Source: Nemertoderma westbladi | Lineage: Eukaryota; Animalia; Xenacoelomorpha | DNA: 48,924 nucleotides | NCBI GenBank assembly: GCA_032718475.1 | Contig: JAUCBJ010001528.1 | Location: 1-48,924, forward strand | Reading direction: 5' to 3' | Shown here: positions 11,076-23,341 of the stretch, in pieces | Numbering within the stretch: position 1 is the first letter of the stretch | Layout: the number at the start of each line of letters is the position of its first letter | Position numbers and translations under genes: made by a program | Notes under the pieces: model-generated | What the model was told of the DNA's origin: nothing | Seen by the model: only the letters and a program-made list of their open reading frames with translations | Databases searched by the model: none

Positions 11076-11394
11076 AAAATAAAAAGATATCACATATATT
11101 AAAATATGTATATGATTTTGGTTGAGAAATAGTTGAGATATGGGCGTTCGAATGTAGCCTGCATGCATTTGCATCAGTTGCTGTCCATGGAACATGTTTG
11201 TTTACATCATAAACAAAAAATTGCTTTGTTGGTGGGAAACAATGCTTGTTGGAGGAAATTATTTTGAGGACAATTGAGGCAATGACCTCTGAGGCAATTG
11301 TACGTGTAGTTGACTCTTGAACGGAACCGCCTCAGCGTTGCATGAATTAGCTTTCACCGTTATGACCCGTGCATAATATTGTGCTTTGGCGGCC

Positions 11395-11600
11395 TCATGG
11401 AGTCAATAAGCATGGTGGATTGGATAGCCCCTGACTTTCTTGAGACGCATCTTAAAGGACTCTGGCCTTGAAGATGCGGATGATCCAGCAAATGTCATGG
11501 GTGATAGGGAGTTGTGGCGGCGCAATTTTGTCGACAAACCGACACAGCATTCTTAATATATATAAATATTGCAGCTGCAAGGCAGCATGCCGATCGTAGT
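11395..11600 (+). mobile_element. 3' end of RTE-type LINE (family B)
   Basis: Colinear with 2190-2370 and with the reverse of 37682-37870. Ends gcagctgcaaggcagcatgccgatcgtagttg, where the 21-bp array starts. Confidence 0.7.
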
Positions 11601-13900
11601 TGTAGTAGTAGTACGGGTAGCTGTAGTAGTAGTACGGGTAGTTGTAGTAGTAGTACGGGTAGTTGTAGTAGTAGTACGGGTAGTTGTAGTAGTAGTACGG
11701 GTAGTTGTAGTAGTAGTACGGGTAGTTGTTGTAGTAGTACGGGTAGTTGTAGTAGTAGTACGGGTAGTTGTAGTAGTAGTACGGGTAGTTGTAGTAGTAG
11801 TACGGGTAGTTGTAGTAGTAGTACGGGTAGTTGTAGTAGTAGTACGGGTAGTTGTAGTAGTATTACGGGTAGTTGTAGTAGTAGTACGGGTAGTTGTAGT
11901 AGTAGTACGGGTAGTTCGTAGTAGTAGTACGGGTAGTTGTAGTAGTAGTACTGGTAGTTGTAGTAGTAGTACGGGTAGCTGTAGTATTAGTACGGGTAGT
12001 TGTAGTAGTAGTAGTAGTACGGGTAGTTGTAGTAGTAGTACGGGTAGTTGTAGTAGTAGTACGGGTAGTTGTAGTAGTAGTACGGGTAGTTGTAGTAGTA
12101 GTACGGGTAGTTGTAGTAGTAGTACGGGTAGTTGTAGTAGTAGTACGGGTAGTTGTAGTAGTAGTACGGGTAGTTGTAGTAGTAGTAGTAGTACGGGTAG
12201 TTGTAGTAGTAGTGCGGGTAGCTGTAGTAGTAGTACGGGTAGTTGTAGTAGTAGTAGTAGTACGGGTAGTTGTAGTAGTAGTACGGGTAGTTGTAGTAGT
12301 AGTACGGGTAGTTGTAGTAGTAGTAGTACGGGTAGTTGTAGTAGTAGTACGGGTAGCTGTAGTAGTAGTACGGGTAGTTGTAGTAGTAGTACGGGTAGTT
12401 GTAGTAGTAGTACGGGTAGTTGTAGTAGTAGTAGTAGTACGGGTAGTTGTAGTAGTAGTACGGGTAGTTGTAGTAGTAGTACGGGTAGTTGTAGTAGTAG
12501 TACGGGTAGTTGTAGTAGTAGTACGGGTAGTTGTAGTAGTAGTACGGGTAGTTGTAGTAGTAGTACGGGTAGTTGTAGTTGTAGTAGTACGGGTAGTTGT
12601 AGTAGTAGTACGGGTAGCTGTAGTAGTAGTACGGGTAGTTGTAGTAGTAGTACGGGTAGTTGTAGTAGTAGTACGGGTAGTTGTAGTAGTAGTACGGGTA
12701 GTTGTAGTAGTAGTACGGGTAGTTGTAGTAGTAGTACGGGTAGTTGTAGTAGTAGTACGGGTAGTTGTAGTAGTAGTACGGGTAGTTGTAGTAGTAGTAC
12801 GGGTAGTTGTAGTAGTAGTACGGGTAGTTGTAGTAGTAGTACGGATAGTTGTAGTAGTAGTACGGGTAGTTGTAGTAGTAGTACGGGTAGTTGTAGTAGT
12901 AGTACGGGTAGTTGTAGTAGTAGTACGGGTAGTTGTAGTAGTAGTACTGGTAGTTGTAGTAGTAGTACGGGTAGCTGTAGTAGTAGTACGGGTAGTTGTA
13001 GTAGTAGTACGGGTAGCTGTAGTAGTAGTACGGGTAGTTGTAGTAGTAGTACGGGTAGTTGTAGTAGTAGTACGGGTAGTTGTAGTAGTAGTACGGGTAG
13101 TTCGTAGTAGTAGTACGGGTAGTTGTAGTAGTAGTACTGGTAGTTGTAGTAGTAGTACGGGTAGCTGTAGTAGTAGTACGGGTAGTTGTAGTAGTAGTAC
13201 GGGTAGCTGTAGTAGTAGTACGGGAAGTTGTAGTAGTAGTACGGGTAGTTGTAGTAGTAGTACGGGTAGTTGTAGTAGTAGTACGGGTAGTTGTAGTAGT
13301 AGTACGGGTAGTTGTAGTAGTAGTACGGGTAGTTGTAGTAGTAGTACGGCTAGTTGTAGTAGTAGTACGGGTAGTTGTAGTAGTAGTACGGGTAGTTGTA
13401 GTAGTAGTACGGGTAGTTGTAGTAGTAGTACGGGTAGTTGTAGTAGTAGTACGGGTAGTTGTAGTAGTAGTACGGGTAGTTGTAGTAGTAGTACGGTAGT
13501 TGTAGTAGTAGTACGGGTAGTTGTAGTAGTAGTACGGGTAGTTGTAGTAGTAGTACGGGTAGTTGTAGTAGTAGTACGGGTAGCTGTAGTAGTAGTACGG
13601 GTAGTTGTAGTAGTAGTACGGGTAGTTGTAGTAGTAGTACGGGTAGTTGTAGTAGTAGTACGGGTAGCTGTAGTAGTAGTACGGGTAGTTGTAGTAGTAG
13701 TACGGGTAGTTGTAGTAGTAGTACGGGTAGTTGTAGTAGTAGTACGGGTAGTTGTAGTAGTAGTACGGGTAGTGTAGTAGTTGTAGTAGTACGGGTAGTT
13801 GTAGTAGTAGTACGGGTAGTTGTAGTAGTAGTACGGGTAGTTGTAGTAGTAGTACGGGTAGTTGTAGTAGTAGTACGGGTAGTTGTAGTAGTAGTACGGG
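11597..13900. repeat. 21-bp minisatellite (acgggtagttgtagtagtagt)n, about 110 units
   Basis: Directly visible. It generates the spurious SSSTGSC/VVVVVVR ORFs. Confidence 0.97.
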
Positions 13901-15862
13901 TTATTGCCTTTTTAGTGCCCCTTTATGTCTAGGCAATTTTATGGGAAGAAATTGACCATGACGGTATTTTCCAGGGGGCAATAGTCCGGATGAGCAATTG
14001 TCCTGCTCTTCACTGATCTATTGGGGGAGCCAGAATTAATATTGTCAACTTAAAATACTCCTTAATTACGCTAACCCTATGTTTTATTTTCAGAACTTAT
14101 ATTCAATTTCATTACAATTAGCAATGGACCGCTTACGTGAGAAAATTAAATCAGAATTTTTTCATACTTTTCATTGAAAACACCGCTATTTTCAAAAAAA
14201 TTAAATCTTAAAAATATGCACACAAAAAAATATAAAAACTCCTTGTATTTTATTATATTATTACAGAAACAACAAGCTCACATTAGAACCCAAAAATATG
14301 CGAACTGATTGGTAACAATGCCAACCAATAAGACCTCGATTATATTTTCACTTTGGGTATTTCCTGGTCGCTGAATTTTCACATTTGATGGCGATTAAAA
14401 CTGTCTGTTAGTCTGTTATGTCTGCTCTCGGTTATATTTCGACGGACAGAGAACGACAGGTATTCACACAAGCACGACGCTGTCAATATCGTAAACTTAC
14501 ATAGGAATTGAAATTTTCGACCACAAAAAAACACCTGGAGGAAAACACTTTATTTAGCTAGATCGTGTGCTTTCCAATGTGTTAACGAACAGTCAGTCAG
14601 TGAATCATATCTAGAGAAGTAAAAGAGAAACAGGTTTCCAGATTTTGAACCCTTATAAAATTGATCTGGGTGTAAAACAAACAAAAATGTTAAATTTCAA
14701 TATGGAAGTTAATATCTGGGATTCATTCATAACAATAATTTCATGATATCATTTCTTACGAAATTGTGTTCGTTGCTCACGACTTCACGATACGACAGAT
14801 CACACAAAGCATCACAAATCACACATTGAACAACAAAATATGTTTTATAGGTAATATCAATACTGCACATATACCACCGCCAATGAAAAGAAAAAATGAT
14901 TTGCTTTAACACGTGCCGCCCTCAATAGGACCAGGTATTCTGCTTCAATGACTCCAGTTTAATTGGTCTAATACTCAGAGTGATTTATATTCCACGCACT
15001 GCGATAACAATTAGCGCATGTGGGGGGCGCCACTGGGAGAAAAATTATTGTGTTCCATCCAAAAGGCAACACTCTGGGCCCAGAACGGATCACGTGCTGT
15101 GTGAACTGGGACATGGCAAAGAAACTGCCGGATTGGTTGCGGGTGGGTAGGGCCCGCATAACGACGGCATTCGATCAATGGGGACGCCATCCCCGGCAAA
15201 CAGCCATTGTTTACCGGGCTGGTTGACCAAAGGCAGCCCCCACGTGGAAGCGGTCTGCCCTAGCTCCGATAACTCCAGCCTCTCCATCAAAAACTACCCA
15301 TTATGTTGCGGACAAAAACGTGGCGAAACTGGCAAGTCAACTCGTGGTTGGGGCTCACCGGGTCGCAACCTGGGCACCGTTGTATCCCACCGGTCACGGT
15401 CACATTAACATTGAAGTAATAATAAAGTATCTAAAGATCAACCGACGGGCGACGGCTATTATACAACCCGCTAAACGCATCTTATATCACAAGCTTAATA
15501 ATCTAAGCAATATAGCTGATGTTGGTGTGCGTGTTGGGAAATCGAAATAGAATAGAAACATTTTGCATTTAATTAATTAATTGTAAAATATTACATAATC
15601 TCTCAGCGACCTGTAAAGCAAAAGTTTACATTAATTCCTTCTGATGAATACGGTAACTAGTGTTTCACTTTCACCTGATGGGATCGTTATAATACTTATT
15701 AGATTGATCTTATTATATGATTTTAAATAATTAAACAATTATAGGTTAACATAATTAAAATAAAACAATTAATAACAGCACAAACAATACAATTGAAATT
15801 TAAATTAATTTAAATTCAATCCAGATTTACTTATAAAACATGGACTAGAAATAAAACATTAA

Positions 15863-16292
15863 GGCCCCCCTCACACGGAGCAACTTGTTTCTGCAACTTG
15901 TTTCTGAAACTTGTTGCTGGACCCCCTCACACACAGAAACAAGTTGCTGCAACTTGTTTCCGAAACTTGTTTCTGTGTGTGAGGACTCCAGCAACAAGTT
16001 TCTGCAACTTGTTTCCGAAACTTATTTCTGTGTGTGAGGGAGTCCAGCAACAAGTTTCAGAAACTTTCCCAGCAACTTTTTAAAAAACCTTTTTTACATC
16101 CAATTTTTAGATTAGAGCTAATATTCGATATATTGAGTGATTTGATATTATATATAAATGACTAAACATGTTAGCTATTTGTTTTGAAATAATTGTTATT
16201 TTCTTGAGCAACAAGTTTCTGTGTGTGAGGGGGTCCAGCAACAAGTTGCTGAAACAAGTTGCAGAAACAAGTTGCTCCGTGTGAGGGGAGCC
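15863..16292. mobile_element. PIF/Harbinger-type MITE (430 bp)
   Basis: TIR ggc(c/t)cccctcacacggagcaacttgtttctgcaacttgtttc at both ends. TAA TSD at 15860-15862 and 16293-16295. Internal repeats of the TIR motif. Confidence 0.9.
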
Positions 16293-16320
16293 TAACGAGT
16301 ACGGAAAAATTTTCGAGGTA

Positions 16321-18758
16321 CACACTGGCAAGGTCTACATAAAACATTAGCTACACACACCAGCAAGGTCTACATAAAACATTAGCTACACACCGGCAAG
16401 GTCTACATAAAACATTAGCTACACACACCAACAAGGTCTACATAAAACATTAGCTACACACACCAACAAGGTCTACATAAAACATTAGCTACACACACCA
16501 GCAAGGTCTACATAAAACATTAGCTACACACACCAACAAGGTCTGCATAAAACTTTAGCTACACACACCAACAAGGTCTACATAAAACATTAGCTACACA
16601 CACCAGCAAGGTCTACATAAAACATTAGCTACACACACCAACAAGGTCTACATAAAACATTAGCTACACACGCCAACAAGGTCTGCATAAAACATTAGCT
16701 ACACACACCAACAAGGTCTGCATAAAACATTAGCTACACACACCAACAAGGTCTACATAAAACATTAGCTACACACACCAACAAGGTCTACATAAAACAT
16801 TAGCTACACACACCAGCACGGTCTACATAAAACATTAGCTACACACACCAACAAGGTCTACATAAAACATTAGCTACACACACCAACAAGGTCTGCATAA
16901 AACATTAGCTACACACACCAACAAGGTCTACATAAAACATTAGCTACACACACCAACAAGGTCTACATAAAACATTAGCTACACACACCAACAAGGTCTA
17001 CATAAAACATTAGCTACACACACCAGCACGGTCTACATAAAACATTAGCTACACACACCAACAAGGTCTACATAAAACATTAGCTACACACACCAACAAG
17101 GTCTACATAAAACATTAGCTACACACACCAGCACGGTCTACATAAAACATTAGCTACACACACCAACAAGGTCTACATAAAACATTAGCTACACACACCA
17201 ACAAGGTCTGCATAAAACATTAGCTACACACACCAACAAGGTCTACATAAAACATTAGCTACACACACCAACAAGGTCTACATAAAACATTAGCTACACA
17301 CACCAGCACGGTCTACATAAAACATTAGCTACACACACCAGCACGGTCTACATAAAACTTTAGCTACACACACCAACAAGGTCTACATAAAACTTTAGCT
17401 ACACACACCAACAAGGTCTACATAAAACATTAGCTACACACACCAACAAGGTCTACATAAAACATTAGCTACACACACCAGCAAGGTCTACATAAAACAT
17501 TAGCTACACACACCGGCAAGGTCTACATAAAACATTAGCTACACACACCAACAAGGTCTACATAAAACATTAGCTACACACACCAACAAGGTCTGCATAA
17601 AACATTAGCTACACACACCAACAAGGTCTACATAAAACATTAGCTACACACACCAGCATCGAAGGTCTACATAAAACATTAGCTACACACACCAACAAGG
17701 TCTACATAAAACATTAGCTACACACACCAACAAGGTCTACATAAAACTTTAGCTACACACACCAACAAGGTCTACATAAAACTTTAGCTACACACACCAA
17801 CAAGGTCTACATAAAACATTAGCTACACACACCAACAAGTTCTACATAAAACTTTAGCTACACACACCAACAAGGTCTACATAAAACATTAGCTACACAC
17901 ACCAACATCGAAGGTCTACATAAAACATTAGCTACACACACCAACAAGGTCTACATAAAACATTAGCTACACACACCAACATCGAAGGTCTACATAAAAC
18001 ATTAGCTACACACACCAACAAGGTCTACATAAAACATTAGCTACACACACCAACAAGGTCTACATAAAACTTTAGCTACACACACCAACAAGGTCTACAT
18101 AAAACTTTAGCTACACACACCAACAAGGTCTACATAAAACATTAGCTACACACACCAACAAGGTCTACATAAAACATTAGCTACACACACCAACATCGAA
18201 GGTCTACATAAAACATTAGCTACACACACCAACAAGGTCTACATAAAACTTTAGCTACACACACCAACAAGTTCTACATAAAACTTTAGCTACACACACC
18301 AACAAGGTCTACATAAAACATTAGCTACACACACCAACATCGAAGGTCTACATAAAACATTAGCTACACACACCAACAAGGTCTACATAAAACATTAGCT
18401 ACACACACCAACAAGGTCTACATAAAACTTTAGCTACACACACCAACAAGGTGTACATAAAACATTAGCTACACACACCAACAAGGTCTACATAAAACAT
18501 TAGCTACACACACCAACAAGGTGTACATAAAACATTAGCTACACACACCAACAAGGTCTACATAAAACATTAGCTACACACACCAACAAGGTCTACATAA
18601 AACTTTAGCTACACACACCAACAAGGTGTACATAAAACATTAGCTACACACACCAACAAGGTCTACATAAAACATTAGCTACACACACCAACAAGGTGTA
18701 CATAAAACATTAGCTACACACACCAACAAGGTCTACATAAAACATTAGCTACACACAC
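16321..18758. repeat. 35-bp minisatellite (acacacaccaacaaggtctacataaaacattagct)n, about 70 units
   Basis: Directly visible head-to-tail array without spacers. Variant units are clustered (+tcga at about 17655-18345, gtgtac at about 18450-18700). Confidence 0.97.
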
Positions 18759-19554
18759 TGTATGTTTAAAGCTGTCTCTTTCTGGAGCACTGTATGTCTG
18801 TAAGCTGACGTGACGGTGAGTTAAACAACATTAATGTCTACCGGAAAACTTAACTGAAATAGCCTCTAAAAGTAAAGACCAAATTTTGTACCCAACAAAA
18901 ATTGTGTGGAATTTATAGCGCCTTCCACATGATATCGATTGAATCACCAGTCAGCATGAGCTCAACAAGGACTGCCAGTAGCTCTAATGCTACCCGCAAT
19001 AAACTTATAATATAAGCTTAGTGAAGGTTTGACTCCAGGAGTTTTCCATACCCTTAATTAGATTATTTAATTGCCTTTTCCAATTCCGAGGTCTACAGGA
19101 CATCTCACAAGAACCTACGACTGAACACATCGGCGGTCGCTGATCTGCTCTGGAGAGTCGGTTTACATATTTTTTACGGTTTATGTATTTACAAATAAAC
19201 CAACATTGGATGCTGTCAGATCTCGACTCACTGAGTAATCCATCCAATGTTTTTGTCATTAAACCCAGAGCATCAGCAAGGTGAGTGTAGGCCTAATTGG
19301 TGGTTATTAATTTAATATTAGAGGATATGAAAATAGTAGATTTTGTTAAAATGCAATTATTTATCAAAAATAATGCAACAAGAATATCGGCTAACACGGC
19401 TAAAGTTGTGCTGATTTAGGCTAAAGTTGTGCTGATTTAGGCTAAAGTTGTGCTGATTTAGGCAAATAAAATTATAAAAACTGCTAAATACAAAAATAAC
19501 CATTGCACTGCGCCAAGCTTCGATGTACTATTTATTGAGAAAACCAACGATAAG

Positions 19555-20556
19555 GAAATTTTAATTAAATTCAAATTACACCTTGACCCGTAATATAGTG
19601 TCATTGTTTATGACACGGACCCCCCCCCCCCCCCCCCCCCCCCATATTTTTCTACAAATCTTTATCATATTGCTGAAATTTGAAAGTTCAACTCACCGTA
19701 GAAGAAACCATGAATGAAACCGAATTTGTCTGTAAATGTTTTGTTTATATGCGTTATTAAGTGTCTTTCCTACCCATCTATCTATAATGTTGTTAATTAC
19801 TATTTACTGTCCGCACACTTCACTACCGACAAGCCGCACCCACCGTATATTGGACATTCTTAACATTAGCGTCGGTTTGTACATATAATTAGAAAACTTT
19901 CGTTACAAAGATTCTAAATATGTAACAATATCTGAATTTCGTTGAGAAACAGATATAGGCGTTCAAAGATTGCAAGAACTATCGTTCGCTTCAGGCCATT
20001 TATTCTATTTAATAAATACACAAAATTCTAGAACGTGTTATTTATAATTTTTAATTAATTATTTAATATCTCTACCGCGTAGCTATTCTTACATAAACAA
20101 AATGTTTCAGAACGTTGTGTATTTATTAATTAGAATAAATAGCCTACAGCGAACGGGAACAATAATTCTTGTAATCTGTAAACGCCTAGATCTCAGCTGT
20201 TTCTCAACGAAATTCAGACTTTGTTACATATGGAATCCTGGCAACGCAAGCTTTCTATTGATATACGATGATATCGATTGATTACGACTAATGTGAAGAA
20301 TGGCAATGATACGGATGGTGCGATTTCGCAAAAGACACTTTTTTAAAACGCTTATAGAAAACATTTAAAGGCGAAATAGAAAATTCCGGCTTCATGGTAA
20401 CAACCACGGTGAGTTGAACTAGTTGTGTTTCAAATTTCAAGCAATATGATAAAGATTTGTAGAAAAATTTGGGGGGGGGGGGGGGGGGGGTCCGTGTCAT
20501 CAGAAAATGACACTATATTACGGTGTATTTGCATTGTAAATTCAAATTAAATTAAC
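19555..20556. mobile_element. About 1-kb fold-back (long inverted repeat) element
   Basis: ccgtaatatagtgtcatt..gacacggac-polyC-ctacaaatctttatcatattgc mirrors 20440-20523 (polyG). tctgaatttcgttgagaaacag mirrors 20197-20218. Centre near 20060. Confidence 0.85.
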
Positions 20557-20562
20557 TTTGTT

Positions 20563-22290
20563 TCATTTTTTAATCCAAACAGCAATTTCACGAATTATCA
20601 ACCAAAACTTGGTGGAGCTCACTGTAATAACAATCCGGACGCACTGCACTGGGTCCGGATATCGTTCGGAGATATCCCGGATATCAGCTGTGCCGCTCCG
20701 CGATATGTCTCCGATCTTAGAGAACCCTAAGCAGGAGATGGCCCCCTTAAGGGTCCACGCGGTCAACCTTGGCGACAGATAAACGTCTGCGCCTCGGATA
20801 AGATCTTCCGGGTGTTGTTTGTTACCGGTGAGGATTACCAATCTGGACAACCGTACTGGCTCCCGGAACACCAAGGTAACGTGATCGTCAACTCGGTATT
20901 CGTTCACCCAGAAGTAACCTGCGTCCGTGTAGGCTAGGTTCGCATGGAAGTCGGTGTAGGGCCGTCTGCTAGAGACCACGAATCCACGCGGGTTGTCCGC
21001 TACTCCCACAAACTCTTTCTCGCTCCCGTAGAAAGGATCCATTTTCAGCTGCTTCTTGTTCTTCAATGAGGAACTAGTTCCCATGTGTTGGAACAGAGAA
21101 GGGCGAAATTCAATAATGTCTCTTTGTCCGAAGAGTTTATAGAAAATCGGCATTAAAAAATCTACCGGCATTTCCTCGTAGAAGAACAAGTAAAATAATG
21201 CGATTTCCTTGAGGTAGGAATTGGGTACTAATTTCCCAATGTGTCCCAGATTGCTGTACTCAGACATTACCCACGAGGCGTTCTGTGCGTTAATTTTCTC
21301 GATGTGTTGAGCGATGGAGCGAGTGAAATTATTCTCAGCGGTTACATCGTCCTCTAAATGTAAGTAATACCGGCCCAATCCGCTGCAGTAATTCATGAGA
21401 AAGGAGAAATCTACGCACTGTTTGGAACGCCAGTAAACCCGCTCGGGTTTGTCCCCGAAATTGTTCCTTAAGTTGTCAAGTCGAGGGTAAAAATTGGGAG
21501 GAGCCTCGATAAATCGGAGGAGTCCGGAGGCGATATAAGATTGGAAGAGAGGCAACGTGTTGGCCAACACATTCTTACGGGTTTCCTGGTTGGAATCTGC
21601 GAGAAATACGACAATGACGACCCGGTCTAGATGTTCCTCGGCAATATTCTCTATCAAAGAAGACAAAGTCGGTATTAAGTAGTTGGATTTATGACGGAAA
21701 ATAGTTGGGATACCGATAACAAGGATGTTATCCCGGGAATTAAGTGTTTGTGGGGCGGTAGGAGTGGTTGAATTGGTACCGGAATCGTTGACAACAGGAA
21801 TACCGACTACTACAGTTTCGATATTCGGAATATGAAGTCGTTCACTGCAAAAACGGTCCCGGTTCAATACCGGGGGTTCATCTCTCGTACTGTTAGGCCT
21901 AATCTCTTCGTCGTTCTGCGTGAGCTTAGACCACTGAATATGGTCGAGGTTGCTACATAACGCTGTGTAATTAATTGTACCTGTAAGGTTGATTTTTACG
22001 TTAAGTTTCGTTTCAGATGGCAGATCTGGAGGAATGGAACGCCTCGAACAGTTTTTTAAGAATTTCAATTGATCGCGGAGTATTTGAAAAACTAATTGAA
22101 GGGTCTTCCGTTCTGTAATAAGTTCCTGGTTCTTAGATATTACCAATTGTTCGTAGTTAGCTGAACTTGTTAACAGCAAAAGACTTAACATGAAGCTGCA
22201 CAATATGCTTGCTACAAGAAATCCCGTATTTTCAGTGCAATTGTTAAGATATTTATATACTATATTTCTAACAAATGTTAGTTTTCTCAC
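20563..22290 (-). CDS. MGAT4C: Alpha-1,3-mannosyl-glycoprotein 4-beta-N-acetylglucosaminyltransferase C-like (GT54); true start uncertain
   Basis: 575-codon uninterrupted ORF. Type II TM segment and stem, then GT54 motifs IGIPTIFR..NYLIPTLSSL, NNFGDKPERVYWRSKQCVDFSFLM, YYLHLEDDV, LGHIGKL, FFYEEMPVDFL, FRPSLFQHMGTSSSL, and a C-terminal lectin-like region ending WLIIREIAVW. Confidence 0.93.
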   Translation of the reverse strand: MRKLTFVRNIVYKYLNNCTENTGFLVASILCSFMLSLLLLTSSANYEQLVISKNQELITERKTLQLVFQILRDQLKFLKNCSRRSIPPDLPSETKLNVKINLTGTINYTALCSNLDHIQWSKLTQNDEEIRPNSTRDEPPVLNRDRFCSERLHIPNIETVVVGIPVVNDSGTNSTTPTAPQTLNSRDNILVIGIPTIFRHKSNYLIPTLSSLIENIAEEHLDRVVIVVFLADSNQETRKNVLANTLPLFQSYIASGLLRFIEAPPNFYPRLDNLRNNFGDKPERVYWRSKQCVDFSFLMNYCSGLGRYYLHLEDDVTAENNFTRSIAQHIEKINAQNASWVMSEYSNLGHIGKLVPNSYLKEIALFYLFFYEEMPVDFLMPIFYKLFGQRDIIEFRPSLFQHMGTSSSLKNKKQLKMDPFYGSEKEFVGVADNPRGFVVSSRRPYTDFHANLAYTDAGYFWVNEYRVDDHVTLVFREPVRLSRLVILTGNKQHPEDLIRGADVYLSPRLTAWTLKGAISCLGFSKIGDISRSGTADIRDISERYPDPVQCVRIVITVSSTKFWLIIREIAVWIKK

Positions 22291-23051
22291 TCTGATACTT
22301 CATCATAATGAAGGATGCAAGATAATTTAATTATATTACTCATACAATCTGTGCCTAAGTAATAAATCTGTAGGCCTAAGTAATAATGAGGAGTTATTAT
22401 CGGATTTCTGCTTGCTGTAGATTCATAAATCTATTTACTTTCATTTTCCATTATGGTACCGGTATGTAGTCAATATTCATGTTTCTACATGCAGTTAACA
22501 GTGTAAGCCTATCATGACGAAGGCCTACACTACTGTAGCCAATACTCTTCCTTGTCATGTGCCGTTCTACACAAACATTATTGATTTTGAAATTATTAAC
22601 TACTTCTTGCTTTCGTAATACATACATCTACTACTAACAGATATTAAATCGGGCACACGCACACTAGATGTATTAATTACAGTACATTTAACAACAACAA
22701 CATTATTTTTTATACATCTATAGGAGGGCTCCGTGGACCTGGGATAGCCACATGGTTCCCTATTAAAACAAAAGGCGTAGTAGTGTAGACTGGACACGTT
22801 CGTGGGGCCTTCGCGCAGCACGAGGCCCAGTTATTAGATACAAATTGAAATTGAGCGACTGTATCACAAAATCAGGTTTTGAGAAATTTACCCACACCAC
22901 CAATCAATCAAAGAAAGGGGGACAGTACGTGTTCACCCCTTTTAATCCCCCCCCCCCCCCCCCCCCACCACCCTTCCCAACCACCAATACATAACCGCGA
23001 CATCTACCACCCACAGAAGGGTAGCACGAACTTATTTCCAATCGCACGTTA

Positions 23052-23341
23052 AATATGAAAAGCCAGGTGGTTTATATGAATATAATTAACGCAGTACTCG
23101 TTTTCATTATAAGCCTCTTTGCGTTCGACCTGTTTTGTATTTAAATATATTTCTTAAACGCAGGCTAGGACGATCTTTATAATAATAATAACTAGGGATG
23201 CGATCAATATGTGAAGCCAGGTGGTTTATGTAATAATTTAGTCAACGCAGTACTCGTCTTCATTATATGCCTCGTTGCGCTCGTCGCTTGTCCTGTTTTG
23301 TCATAAAATATTTTTCCTAAACGCAGACTGCCGATCTTTAT
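23052..23341. repeat. Diverged two-copy tandem duplication (about 150 bp)
   Basis: aagccaggtggtttat...aacgcagtactcgt..tcattat...cctgttttgt...taaacgcag...cgatctttata occurs at 23052-23181 and 23206-23341. Confidence 0.85.

Noticed and set aside
11514-13777. SSSTGSC and poly-Val ORFs resembling keratin-associated or mucin proteins
   Set aside because: Translation of the 21-bp LINE-tail array. No signal peptide or splice context, and frames swap at indels.
16321-18758. 35-bp repeat as a CRISPR array
   Set aside because: Units are contiguous with no unique spacers, there are no cas genes, and the context is eukaryotic. The same applies to the 49-bp array.
19396-19465. Three-copy 21-bp repeat (also the 26-bp duplication near 25490 and the small one near 47600)
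   Set aside because: Minor local slippage duplications with no evident function.
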